DNA from: the human T2T-CHM13v2.0 reference genome, Homo sapiens
Length of the DNA: 64,000 nucleotides
Strand: one strand, 5' to 3'
Assembly (NCBI RefSeq): GCF_009914755.1
Contig: NC_060942.1
Part shown: piece by piece, positions 52,901 to 64,000 of the stretch
Layout: each line of letters starts with the position of its first letter
Numbering within the stretch: the stretch's first letter is position 1
Position numbers and translations under genes: made by a program
Notes under the pieces: generated by a model
What the model saw: the letters and a program-made list of their open reading frames with translations, nothing else
The model's database searches: none
Told to the model about the DNA's origin: nothing

Positions 52901-55900
52901 TAAAGGAGTAGAACCTTTCTTTTCATAGAGAAGTTTTGAAACGCTCTTTTTGTGGAATCTGCAAGTGGATATTTGGCTAGTTTTGAGGATTTCGTTGGAA
53001 GCGGGAATTCATACAAATTGCAGACTGCAGCGTTCTGAGAAACATCTTTGTGATGTTTGTATTCAGGACACAGAGTTGAACATTCCCTATCATAGAGCAG
53101 GTTTGAATCACTCCTTTTGTAGTATCTGGAAGTGGACATTTGGAGCGCTTTCAGGCCTATGTTGGAAAAGGAAATATCTTCCCATAACAACTAGACAGAA
53201 GCATTCTCAGAAACTTATTTGAGATGTGTGTACTCAACTAAGAGAATTGAACCACCGTTTTGAAGGAGCAGTTTTGAAACTCTCTTTTTCTGGAATCTGC
53301 AAGTGGATATTTGGCTAGCTTTGGGGATTTCGCTGGAAGCGGGAATACATATAAAAAGCACACAGCAGCGTTCTGAGAAACTGCTTTCTGATGTTTGCAT
53401 TCAAGTCAAAAGTTGAACACTCCCTTTCATAGAGCAGTCCTGAAACACCCCTTTTGTAGTATCTGGAACTGGACTTTTGGAGCGATTTCAGGGCTAAGGT
53501 GAAAAAGGAAATATCTTCCCATAAAAACTGGACAGAAGCATTCTCAGAAACTTGTTTATGCTGTATCTACTCAACTAACAAAGTTGAACCTTTCTTTTGA
53601 TAGAGCAGTTTTGAAATGGTCTTTTTGTGGAATCTGCAAGTGGATATTTGGCTAGTTTTGAGGATTTCGTTGGAAGCGGGAATTCATACAAATTGCAGAC
53701 TGCAGCGTTCTGAGAAACATCTTTGTGATGTTTGTATTCAGGACACAGAGTTGAACATTCCCTATCATAGAGCAGGTTGGAATCACTCCTTTTGTAGTAT
53801 CTGGAAGTGGACATTTGGAGCGCTTTCAGGCCTATTTTGGAAAGGGAAATATCTTCCTGTAACAACTATGCAGAAGCATTCTCAGAAACTTGTTTGTGAT
53901 GTGTGCCCTCTACTGACAGAGTTGAACCTTTCTTTTCATAGAGCAGTTTTGAAACACTCTTTTTGTAGAATCTGCAAGAGGATATTTGCATAGCTTTGAG
54001 GATTTCGTGGGAAACGGGATTGTCTTCAGGTAAAATCTAGACAGAAGCATTCTCAGAAACTTCTTTGGGATGTTTGCATTCAAGTCACAGAGTAGAACAT
54101 TCCCTTTGGTAGAGCAGGTTTGAAACACTTTTTTTGTAGTATCTGGAAGTGGACATTTGGAGCGCTTTCAGGCCCATGTTGGAAAGGGAAATATCTTCCC
54201 GTAACAACTAGGCAGAAGCATTCTCAGAAACTTATTTGAGATGTGTGTACTCAACTAAGAGAATTGAACCACCGTTTTGAAGGAGCAGTTTTGAAACACT
54301 CTTTTTCTGGAATCTGCAAGAGGATATTTGCCTAGCCTTGAGGATTTCGTTGGAAACGGGATTGTCTTCAGAGAAAATCTAGACAGAAGCATTCTCAGAA
54401 ACTTCTTTGGGATGCTTGCATTCAAGTCACAGAGTAGAACATTCCCTTTGGTAGAGCAGGTTTGAAACACTCTTTTTGTAGTATCTGGAAGTGGACATTT
54501 GGAGCGCTTTCAGGCCTACGTTGGAAAAGGAAATATCTTCCCATAACAACTAGACAGAAGCATTCTCAGAAACTCGTTTCTGATGTGTGTCCTCAACTAA
54601 CACAGTTGAACATTTCTTTAGACAGAACAGTTTTGAAACACTCTTTTTGTGGAATCTGCAAGTGGCTATTTGGCTAGATTTGAGGATTTCGTTGGAAACG
54701 GGATTACATATAAAAAGCAGTCAGCAGCATTCTCAGAAAGTTCTTTGTGATGATTGCATTCAAGTCACAGAATTGAACATTCCCTTTCACAGAGCAGGTT
54801 TGAAACACTCTTTTTGTAGTGTGTGTAAGTGGACATTTGGAGCACTTACCGGCCTAAGGTGAAAAAGGAAATATCTTCCCATAAAAACTAGACAGAAGCA
54901 TTCTCAGAAACTTACTCGTGATGTGTGTCCTCAACTAAAGGAGTAGAACCTTTCTTTTCATAGAGAAGTTTTGAAACGCTCTTTTTGTGGAATCTGCAAG
55001 TGGATATTTGGCTAGTTTTGAGGATTTCGTTGGAAGCGGGAATTCATACAAATTGCAGACTGCAGCGTTCTGAGAAACATCTTTGTGATGTTTGTATTCA
55101 GGACACAGAGTTGAACATTCCCTATCATAGAGCAGGTTTGAATCACTCCTTTTGTAGTATCTGGAAGTGGACATTTGGAGCGCTTTCAGGCCTATGTTGG
55201 AAAAGGAAATATCTTCCCATAACAACTAGACAGAAGCATTCTCAGAAACTTATTTGAGATGTGTGTACTCAACTAAGAGAATTGAACCACCGTTTTGAAG
55301 GAGCAGTTTTGAAACTCTCTTTTTCTGGAATCTGCAAGTGGATATTTGGCTAGCTTTGGGGATTTCGCTGGAAGCGGGAATACATATAAAAAGCACACAG
55401 CAGCGTTCTGAGAAACTGCTTTCTGATGTTTGCATTCAAGTCAAAAGTTGAACACTCCCTTTCATAGAGCAGTCCTGAAACACCCCTTTTGTAGTATCTG
55501 GAACTGGACTTTTGGAGCGATTTCAGGGCTAAGGTGAAAAAGGAAATATCTTCCCATAAAAACTGGACAGAAGCATTCTCAGAAACTTGTTTATGCTGTA
55601 TCTACTCAACTAACAAAGTTGAACCTTTCTTTTGATAGAGCAGTTTTGAAATGGTCTTTTTGTGGAATCTGCAAGTGGATATTTGGCTAGTTTTGAGGAT
55701 TTCGTTGGAAGCGGGAATTCATACAAATTGCAGACTGCAGCGTTCTGAGAAACATCTTTGTGATGTTTGTATTCAGGACACAGAGTTGAACATTCCCTAT
55801 CATAGAGCAGGTTGGAATCACTCCTTTTGTAGTATCTGGAAGTGGACATTTGGAGCGCTTTCAGGCCTATTTTGGAAAGGGAAATATCTTCCCGTAACAA

Positions 55901-58900
55901 CTATGCAGAAGCATTCTCAGAAACTTGTTTGTGATGTGTGCCCTCTACTGACAGAGTTGAACCTTTCTTTTCATAGAGCAGTTTTGAAACACTCTTTTTG
56001 TAGAATCTGCAAGAGGATATTTGCATAGCTTTGAGGATTTCGTGGGAAACGGGATTGTCTTCAGGTAAAATCTAGACAGAAGCATTCTCAGAAACTTCTT
56101 TGGGATGTTTGCATTCAAGTCACAGAGTAGAACATTCCCTTTGGTAGAGCAGGTTTGAAACACTCTTTTTGTAGTATCTGGAAGTGGACATTTGGAGCGC
56201 TTTCAGGCCCATGTTGGAAAGGGAAATATCTTCCCGTAACAACTAGGCAGAAGCATTCTCAGAAACTTATTTGAGATGTGTGTACTCAACTAAGAGAATT
56301 GAACCACCGTTTTGAAGGAGCAGTTTTGAAACACTCTTTTTCTGGAATCTGCAAGAGGATATTTGCCTAGCCTTGAGGATTTCGTTGGAAACGGGATTGT
56401 CTTCAGAGAAAATCTAGACAGAAGCATTCTCAGAAACTTCTTTGGGATGCTTGCATTCAAGTCACAGAGTAGAACATTCCCTTTGGTAGAGCAGGTTTGA
56501 AACACTCTTTTTTTAGTATCTGGAAGTGGACATTTGGAGCGCTTTCAGGCCTACGTTGGAAAAGGAAATATCTTCCCATAACAACTAGACAGAAGCATTC
56601 TCAGAAACTCGTTTCTGATGTGTGTCCTCAACTAACACAGTTGAACATTTCTTTAGACAGAACAGTTTTGAAACACTCTTTTTGTGGAATCTGCAAGTGG
56701 CTATTTGGCTAGATTTGAGGATTTCGTTGGAAACGGGATTACATATAAAAAGCAGTCAGCAGCATTCTCAGAAAGTTCTTTGTGATGATTGCATTCAAGT
56801 CACAGAATTGAACATTCCCTTTCACAGAGCAGGTTTGAAACACTCTTTTTGTAGTGTGTGTAAGTGGACATTTGGAGCACTTACCGGCCTAAGGTGAAAA
56901 AGGAAATATCTTCCCATAAAAACAAGACAGAAGCATTCTCAGAAACTTACTCGTGATGTGTGTCCTCAACTAAAGGAGTAGAACCTTTCTTTTCATAGAG
57001 AAGTTTTGAAACGCTCTTTTTGTGGAATCTGCAAGTGGATATTTGGCTAGTTTTGAGGATTTCGTTGGAAGCGGGAATTCATACAAATTGCAGACTGCAG
57101 CGTTCTGAGAAACATCTTTGTGATGTTTGTATTCAGGACACAGAGTTGAACATTCCCTATCATAGAGCAGGTTTGAATCACTCCTTTTGTAGTATCTGGA
57201 AGTGGACATTTGGAGCGCTTTCAGGCCTATGTTGGAAAAGGAAATATCTTCCCATAACAACTAGACAGAAGCATTCTCAGAAACTTATTTGAGATGTGTG
57301 TACTCAACTAAGAGAATTGAACCACCGTTTTGAAGGAGCAGTTTTGAAACTCTCTTTTTCTGGAATCTGCAAGTGGATATTTGGCTAGCTTTGGGGATTT
57401 CGCTGGAAGCGGGAATACATATAAAAAGCACACAGCAGCGTTCTGAGAAACTGCTTTCTGATGTTTGCATTCAAGTCAAAAGTTGAACACTCCCTTTCAT
57501 AGAGCAGTCCTGAAACACCCCTTTTGTAGTATCTGGAACTGGACTTTTGGAGCGATTTCAGGGCTAAGGTGAAAAAGGAAATATCTTCCCATAAAAACTG
57601 GACAGAAGCATTCTCAGAAACTTGTTTATGCTGTATCTACTCAACTAACAAAGTTGAACCTTTCTTTTGATAGAGCAGTTTTGAAATGGTCTTTTTGTGG
57701 AATCTGCAAGTGGATATTTGGCTAGTTTTGAGGATTTCGTTGGAAGCGGGAATTCATACAAATTGCAGACTGCAGCGTTCTGAGAAACATCTTTGTGATG
57801 TTTGTATTCAGGACACAGAGTTGAACATTCCCTATCATAGAGCAGGTTGGAATCACTCCTTTTGTAGTATCTGGAAGTGGACATTTGGAGCGCTTTCAGG
57901 CCTATTTTGGAAAGGGAAATATCTTCCCGTAACAACTATGCAGAAGCATTCTCAGAAACTTGTTTGTGATGTGTGCCCTCTACTGACAGAGTTGAACCTT
58001 TCTTTTCATAGAGCAGTTTTGAAACACTCTTTTTGTAGAATCTGCAAGAGGATATTTGCATAGCTTTGAGGATTTCGTGGGAAACGGGATTGTCTTCAGG
58101 TAAAATCTAGACAGAAGCATTCTCAGAAACTTCTTTGGGATGTTTGCATTCAAGTCACAGAGTAGAACATTCCCTTTGGTAGAGCAGGTTTGAAACACTC
58201 TTTTTGTAGTATCTGGAAGTGGACATTTGGAGCGCTTTCAGGCCCATGTTGGAAAGGGAAATATCTTCCCGTAACAACTAGGCAGAAGCATTCTCAGAAA
58301 CTTATTTGAGATGTGTGTACTCAACTAAGAGAATTGAACCACCGTTTTGAAGGAGCAGTTTTGAAACACTCTTTTTCTGGAATCTGCAAGAGGATATTTG
58401 CCTAGCCTTGAGGATTTCGTTGGAAACGGGATTGTCTTCAGAGAAAATCTAGACAGAAGCATTCTCAGAAACTTCTTTGGGATGCTTGCATTCAAGTCAC
58501 AGAGTAGAACATTCCCTTTGGTAGAGCAGGTTTGAAACACTCTTTTTGTAGTATCTGGAAGTGGACATTTGGAGCGCTTTCAGGCCTACGTTGGAAAAGG
58601 AAATATCTTCCCATAACAACTAGACAGAAGCATTCTCAGAAACTCGTTTCTGATGTGTGTCCTCAACTAACACAGTTGAACATTTCTTTAGACAGAACAG
58701 TTTTGAAACACTCTTTTTGTGGAATCTGCAAGTGGCTATTTGGCTAGATTTGAGGATTTCGTTGGAAACGGGATTACATATAAAAAGCAGTCAGCAGCAT
58801 TCTCAGAAAGTTCTTTGTGATGATTGCATTCAAGTCACAGAATTGAACATTCCCTTTCACAGAGCAGGTTTGAAACACTCTTTTTGTAGTGTGTGTAAGT

Positions 58901-59015
58901 GGACATTTGGAGCACTTACCGGCCTAAGGTGAAAAAGGAAATATCTTCCCATAAAAACTAGACAGAAGCATTCTCAGAAACTTACTCGTGATGTGTGTCC
59001 TCAACTAAAGGAGTA

Positions 59016-60033
59016 GAACCTTTCTTTTCATAGAGAAGTTTTGAAACGCTCTTTTTGTGGAATCTGCAAGTGGATATTTGGCTAGTTTTGAGGATTTCGT
59101 TGGAAGCGGGAATTCATACAAATTGCAGACTGCAGCGTTCTGAGAAACATCTTTGTGATGTTTGTATTCAGGACACAGAGTTGAACATTCCCTATCATAG
59201 AGCAGGTTTGAATCACTCCTTTTGTAGTATCTGGAAGTGGACATTTGGAGCGCTTTCAGGCCTATGTTGGAAAAGGAAATATCTTCCCATAACAACTAGA
59301 CAGAAGCATTCTCAGAAACTTATTTGAGATGTGTGTACTCAACTAAGAGAATTGAACCACCGTTTTGAAGGAGCAGTTTTGAAACTCTCTTTTTCTGGAA
59401 TCTGCAAGAGGATATTTGCCTAGCCTTGAGGATTTCGTTGGAAACGGGATTGTCTTCAGAGAAAATCTAGACAGAAGCATTCTCAGAAACTTCTTTGGGA
59501 TGCTTGCATTCAAGTCACAGAGTAGAACATTCCCTTTGGTAGAGCAGGTTTGAAACACTCTTTTTTTAGTATCTGGAAGTGGACATTTGGAGCGCTTTCA
59601 GGCCTACGTTGGAAAAGGAAATATCTTCCCATAACAACTAGACAGAAGCATTCTCAGAAACTCGTTTCTGATGTGTGTCCTCAACTAACACAGTTGAACA
59701 TTTCTTTAGACAGAACAGTTTTGAAACACTCTTTTTGTGGAATCTGCAAGTGGCTATTTGGCTAGATTTGAGGATTTCGTTGGAAACGGGATTACATATA
59801 AAAAGCAGTCAGCAGCATTCTCAGAAAGTTCTTTGTGATGATTGCATTCAAGTCACAGAATTGAACATTCCCTTTCACAGAGCAGGTTTGAAACACTCTT
59901 TTTGTAGTGTGTGTAAGTGGACATTTGGAGCACTTACCGGCCTAAGGTGAAAAAGGAAATATCTTCCCATAAAAACTAGACAGAAGCATTCTCAGAAACT
60001 TACTCGTGATGTGTGTCCTCAACTAAAGGAGTA
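59016..60033 (+). repeat. HOR structural variant: 6-mer, 1,018 bp (1,017-bp in-register deletion with one hybrid monomer)
   Basis: The period drops from 2,035 to 1,018 (ORF at 59055, next at 60073). The sequence reads as unit positions 1-~393 joined to ~1411-2035. Confidence 0.97.
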
Positions 60034-63000
60034 GAACCTTTCTTTTCATAGAGAAGTTTTGAAACGCTCTTTTTGTGGAATCTGCAAGTGGATATTTGGC
60101 TAGTTTTGAGGATTTCGTTGGAAGCGGGAATTCATACAAATTGCAGACTGCAGCGTTCTGAGAAACATCTTTGTGATGTTTGTATTCAGGACACAGAGTT
60201 GAACATTCCCTATCATAGAGCAGGTTTGAATCACTCCTTTTGTAGTATCTGGAAGTGGACATTTGGAGCGCTTTCAGGCCTATGTTGGAAAAGGAAATAT
60301 CTTCCCATAACAACTAGACAGAAGCATTCTCAGAAACTTATTTGAGATGTGTGTACTCAACTAAGAGAATTGAACCACCGTTTTGAAGGAGCAGTTTTGA
60401 AACTCTCTTTTTCTGGAATCTGCAAGTGGATATTTGGCTAGCTTTGGGGATTTCGCTGGAAGCGGGAATACATATAAAAAGCACACAGCAGCGTTCTGAG
60501 AAACTGCTTTCTGATGTTTGCATTCAAGTCAAAAGTTGAACACTCCCTTTCATAGAGCAGTCCTGAAACACCCCTTTTGTAGTATCTGGAACTGGACTTT
60601 TGGAGCGATTTCAGGGCTAAGGTGAAAAAGGAAATATCTTCCCATAAAAACTGGACAGAAGCATTCTCAGAAACTTGTTTATGCTGTATCTACTCAACTA
60701 ACAAAGTTGAACCTTTCTTTTGATAGAGCAGTTTTGAAATGGTCTTTTTGTGGAATCTGCAAGTGGATATTTGGCTAGTTTTGAGGATTTCGTTGGAAGC
60801 GGGAATTCATACAAATTGCAGACTGCAGCGTTCTGAGAAACATCTTTGTGATGTTTGTATTCAGGACACAGAGTTGAACATTCCCTATCATAGAGCAGGT
60901 TGGAATCACTCCTTTTGTAGTATCTGGAAGTGGACATTTGGAGCGCTTTCAGGCCTATTTTGGAAAGGGAAATATCTTCCCGTAACAACTATGCAGAAGC
61001 ATTCTCAGAAACTTGTTTGTGATGTGTGCCCTCTACTGACAGAGTTGAACCTTTCTTTTCATAGAGCAGTTTTGAAACACTCTTTTTGTAGAATCTGCAA
61101 GAGGATATTTGCATAGCTTTGAGGATTTCGTGGGAAACGGGATTGTCTTCAGGTAAAATCTAGACAGAAGCATTCTCAGAAACTTCTTTGGGATGTTTGC
61201 ATTCAAGTCACAGAGTAGAACATTCCCTTTGGTAGAGCAGGTTTGAAACACTCTTTTTGTAGTATCTGGAAGTGGACATTTGGAGCGCTTTCAGGCCCAT
61301 GTTGGAAAGGGAAATATCTTCCCGTAACAACTAGGCAGAAGCATTCTCAGAAACTTATTTGAGATGTGTGTACTCAACTAAGAGAATTGAACCACCGTTT
61401 TGAAGGAGCAGTTTTGAAACACTCTTTTTCTGGAATCTGCAAGAGGATATTTGCCTAGCCTTGAGGATTTCGTTGGAAACGGGATTGTCTTCAGAGAAAA
61501 TCTAGACAGAAGCATTCTCAGAAACTTCTTTGGGATGCTTGCATTCAAGTCACAGAGTAGAACATTCCCTTTGGTAGAGCAGGTTTGAAACACTCTTTTT
61601 TTAGTATCTGGAAGTGGACATTTGGAGCGCTTTCAGGCCTACGTTGGAAAAGGAAATATCTTCCCATAACAACTAGACAGAAGCATTCTCAGAAACTAGT
61701 TTCTGATGTGTGTCCTCAACTAACACAGTTGAACATTTCTTTAGACAGAACAGTTTTGAAACACTCTTTTTGTGGAATCTGCAAGTGGCTATTTGGCTAG
61801 ATTTGAGGATTTCGTTGGAAACGGGATTACATATAAAAAGCAGTCAGCAGCATTCTCAGAAAGTTCTTTGTGATGATTGCATTCAAGTCACAGAATTGAA
61901 CATTCCCTTTCACAGAGCAGGTTTGAAACACTCTTTTTGTAGTGTGTGTAAGTGGACATTTGGAGCACTTACCGGCCTAAGGTGAAAAAGGAAATATCTT
62001 CCCATAAAAACTAGACAGAAGCATTCTCAGAAACTTACTCGTGATGTGTGTCCTCAACTAAAGGAGTAGAACCTTTCTTTTCATAGAGAAGTTTTGAAAC
62101 GCTCTTTTTGTGGAATCTGCAAGTGGATATTTGGCTAGTTTTGAGGATTTCGTTGGAAGCGGGAATTCATACAAATTGCAGACTGCAGCGTTCTGAGAAA
62201 CATCTTTGTGATGTTTGTATTCAGGACACAGAGTTGAACATTCCCTATCATAGAGCAGGTTTGAATCACTCCTTTTGTAGTATCTGGAAGTGGACATTTG
62301 GAGCGCTTTCAGGCCTATGTTGGAAAAGGAAATATCTTCCCATAACAACTAGACAGAAGCATTCTCAGAAACTTATTTGAGATGTGTGTACTCAACTAAG
62401 AGAATTGAACCACCGTTTTGAAGGAGCAGTTTTGAAACTCTCTTTTTCTGGAATCTGCAAGTGGATATTTGGCTAGCTTTGGGGATTTCGCTGGAAGCGG
62501 GAATACATATAAAAAGCACACAGCAGCGTTCTGAGAAACTGCTTTCTGATGTTTGCATTCAAGTCAAAAGTTGAACACTCCCTTTCATAGAGCAGTCCTG
62601 AAACACCCCTTTTGTAGTATCTGGAACTGGACTTTTGGAGCGATTTCAGGGCTAAGGTGAAAAAGGAAATATCTTCCCATAAAAACTGGACAGAAGCATT
62701 CTCAGAAACTTGGTTATGCTGTATCTACTCAACTAACAAAGTTGAACCTTTCTTTTGATAGAGCAGTTTTGAAATGGTCTTTTTGTGGAATCTGCAAGTG
62801 GATATTTGGCTAGTTTTGAGGATTTCGTTGGAAGCGGGAATTCATACAAATTGCAGACTGCAGCGTTCTGAGAAACATCTTTGTGATGTTTGTATTCAGG
62901 ACACAGAGTTGAACATTCCCTATCATAGAGCAGGTTGGAATCACTCCTTTTGTAGTATCTGGAAGTGGACATTTGGAGCGTTTTCAGGCCTATTTTGGAA

Positions 63001-64000
63001 AGGGAAATATCTTCCCGTAACAACTATGCAGAAGCATTCTCAGAAACTTGTTTGTGATGTGTGCCCTCTACTGACAGAGTTGAACCTTTCTTTTCATAGA
63101 GCAGTTTTGAAACACTCTTTTTGTAGAATCTGCAAGAGGATATTTGCATAGCTTTGAGGATTTCGTGGGAAACGGGATTGTCTTCAGGTAAAATCTAGAC
63201 AGAAGCATTCTCAGAAACTTCTTTGGGATGTTTGCATTCAAGTCACAGAGTAGAACATTCCCTTTGGTAGAGCAGGTTTGAAACACTCTTTTTGTAGTAT
63301 CTGGAAGTGGACATTTGGAGCGCTTTCAGGCCCATGTTGGAAAGGGAAATATCTTCCCGTAACAACTAGGCAGAAGCATTCTCAGAAACTTATTTGAGAT
63401 GTGTGTACTCAACTAAGAGAATTGAACCACCGTTTTGAAGGAGCAGTTTTGAAACACTCTTTTTCTGGAATCTGCAAGAGGATATTTGCCTAGCCTTGAG
63501 GATTTCGTTGGAAACGGGATTGTCTTCAGAGAAAATCTAGACAGAAGCATTCTCAGAAACTTCTTTGGGATGTTTGCATTCAAGTCACAGAGTAGAACAT
63601 TCCCTTTGGTAGAGCAGGTTTGAAACACTCTTTTTGTAGTATCTGGAAGTGGACATTTGGAGCGCTTTCAGGCCTACGTTGGAAAAGGAAATATCTTCCC
63701 ATAACAACTAGACAGAAGCATTCTCAGAAACTAGTTTCTGATGTGTGTCCTCAACTAACACAGTTGAACATTTCTTTAGACAGAACAGTTTTGAAACACT
63801 CTTTTTGTGGAATCTGCAAGTGGCTATTTGGCTAGATTTGAGGATTTCGTTGGAAACGGGATTACATATAAAAAGCAGTCAGCAGCATTCTCAGAAAGTT
63901 CTTTGTGATGATTGCATTCAAGTCACAGAATTGAACATTCCCTTTCACAGAGCAGGTTTGAAACACTCTTTTTGTAGTGTGTGTAAGTGGACATTTGGAG
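60034..64000 (+). repeat. One full 12-mer (60034-62068) and one partial copy cut by the window end (62069-64000)
   Basis: The unit start motif occurs at 60034 and 62069, and the 2,035-bp period resumes. Confidence 0.96.

Larger units (their letters stand above)
1..59015 (+). repeat. 29 consecutive full-length 2,035-bp HOR copies with no indel
   Basis: The unit start GAACCTTTCTTTTCATAGAGAAG recurs at 1+2035n up to 59016, and ORF coordinates keep the exact period. Confidence 0.97.
1..64000 (+). repeat. Centromeric alpha-satellite HOR array, 12-mer / 2,035-bp unit, ~32 units, no interruption or inversion
   Basis: Seen: the ~171-bp monomer motifs CATTCTCAGAAACT, TTTGAAACACTCTTTTTGT and GGAAATATCTTC recur throughout. 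The ORF track repeats with an exact 2,035-bp period (40, 2075, 4110 ... 59055), then shifts once by 1,018 bp. Known: these are alpha-satellite consensus motifs. Confidence 0.99.
1..64000 (+). repeat. D18Z1: Probable identity: human chromosome 18 active HOR array D18Z1 (S2C18H1L, SF2 dimeric family)
   Basis: Seen: 12 monomers, CENP-B box in alternate monomers, and EcoRI GAATTC at 95 and 770 in each unit, giving 675-bp (4-mer) and 1,360-bp (8-mer) fragments. Known from recall: D18Z1 is a 12-mer SF2 HOR classically seen as ~0.68 and ~1.36-kb EcoRI bands. The other well-known 12-mer, DXZ1, is ~2,057 bp and of pentameric SF3 type. Not confirmed by alignment. Confidence 0.85.

Noticed and set aside
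40-63835. The ~250 short ORFs (61-125 aa) in the ORF track
   Set aside because: They recur with the repeat period, overlap on both strands, often start at TTG/GTG and have no recognisable domain. They are the typical 'HSQKL...KHSFC..WKWTFGAL' translations of alpha-satellite. Their near-identity reflects DNA homogenisation, not coding constraint.
1-64000. CRISPR-like or other prokaryotic repeat system
   Set aside because: The regularly spaced conserved motifs are separated by homologous sequence, not unique spacers. There are no cas genes or leader, and the sequence is primate satellite.
1-64000. DXZ1 (chrX 12-mer) identity
   Set aside because: The unit here is 2,035 bp with strictly dimeric CENP-B box alternation. 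DXZ1 is ~2,057 bp with pentameric SF3 organisation.
1-64000. Transposon insertion, inversion or non-satellite island
   Set aside because: The period is exact throughout apart from the single 1,017-bp deletion, which leaves no room for an insertion. All monomers are in the same orientation.

Overview
The whole 64-kb window is one uninterrupted, single-orientation array of primate (human-type) centromeric alpha-satellite. It is a 2,035-bp higher-order repeat (HOR) of 12 monomers: seven of 171 bp, four of 167 bp and one of 170 bp. An intact CENP-B box occurs in every second monomer. The 12-mer size, the dimeric box/no-box alternation and two EcoRI sites per unit (675 + 1,360 bp fragments) best match the chromosome 18 active array D18Z1 (S2C18H1L, suprachromosomal family 2). 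That assignment is from recall, not from a search. Counting from base 1, there are 29 full copies, one 1,018-bp 6-mer deletion variant (59016-60033), one more full copy and a partial copy. I found no genes, RNA genes, transposons or inversions, and every listed ORF is a by-product of the repeat. I see no previously undescribed biological system. The informative signal is the array's recent history: (i) a ~52-kb almost invariant block carrying derived alleles; (ii) an interspersed A/G marker that includes a two-HOR alternating run; (iii) a haplotype switch at ~52.3-52.7 kb into a more variable block; (iv) a deletion junction mappable to 22 bp; (v) a four-gamete signature of exchange within 97 bp. 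Variants were read by eye and cross-checked with the ORF track, so a few may have been missed.
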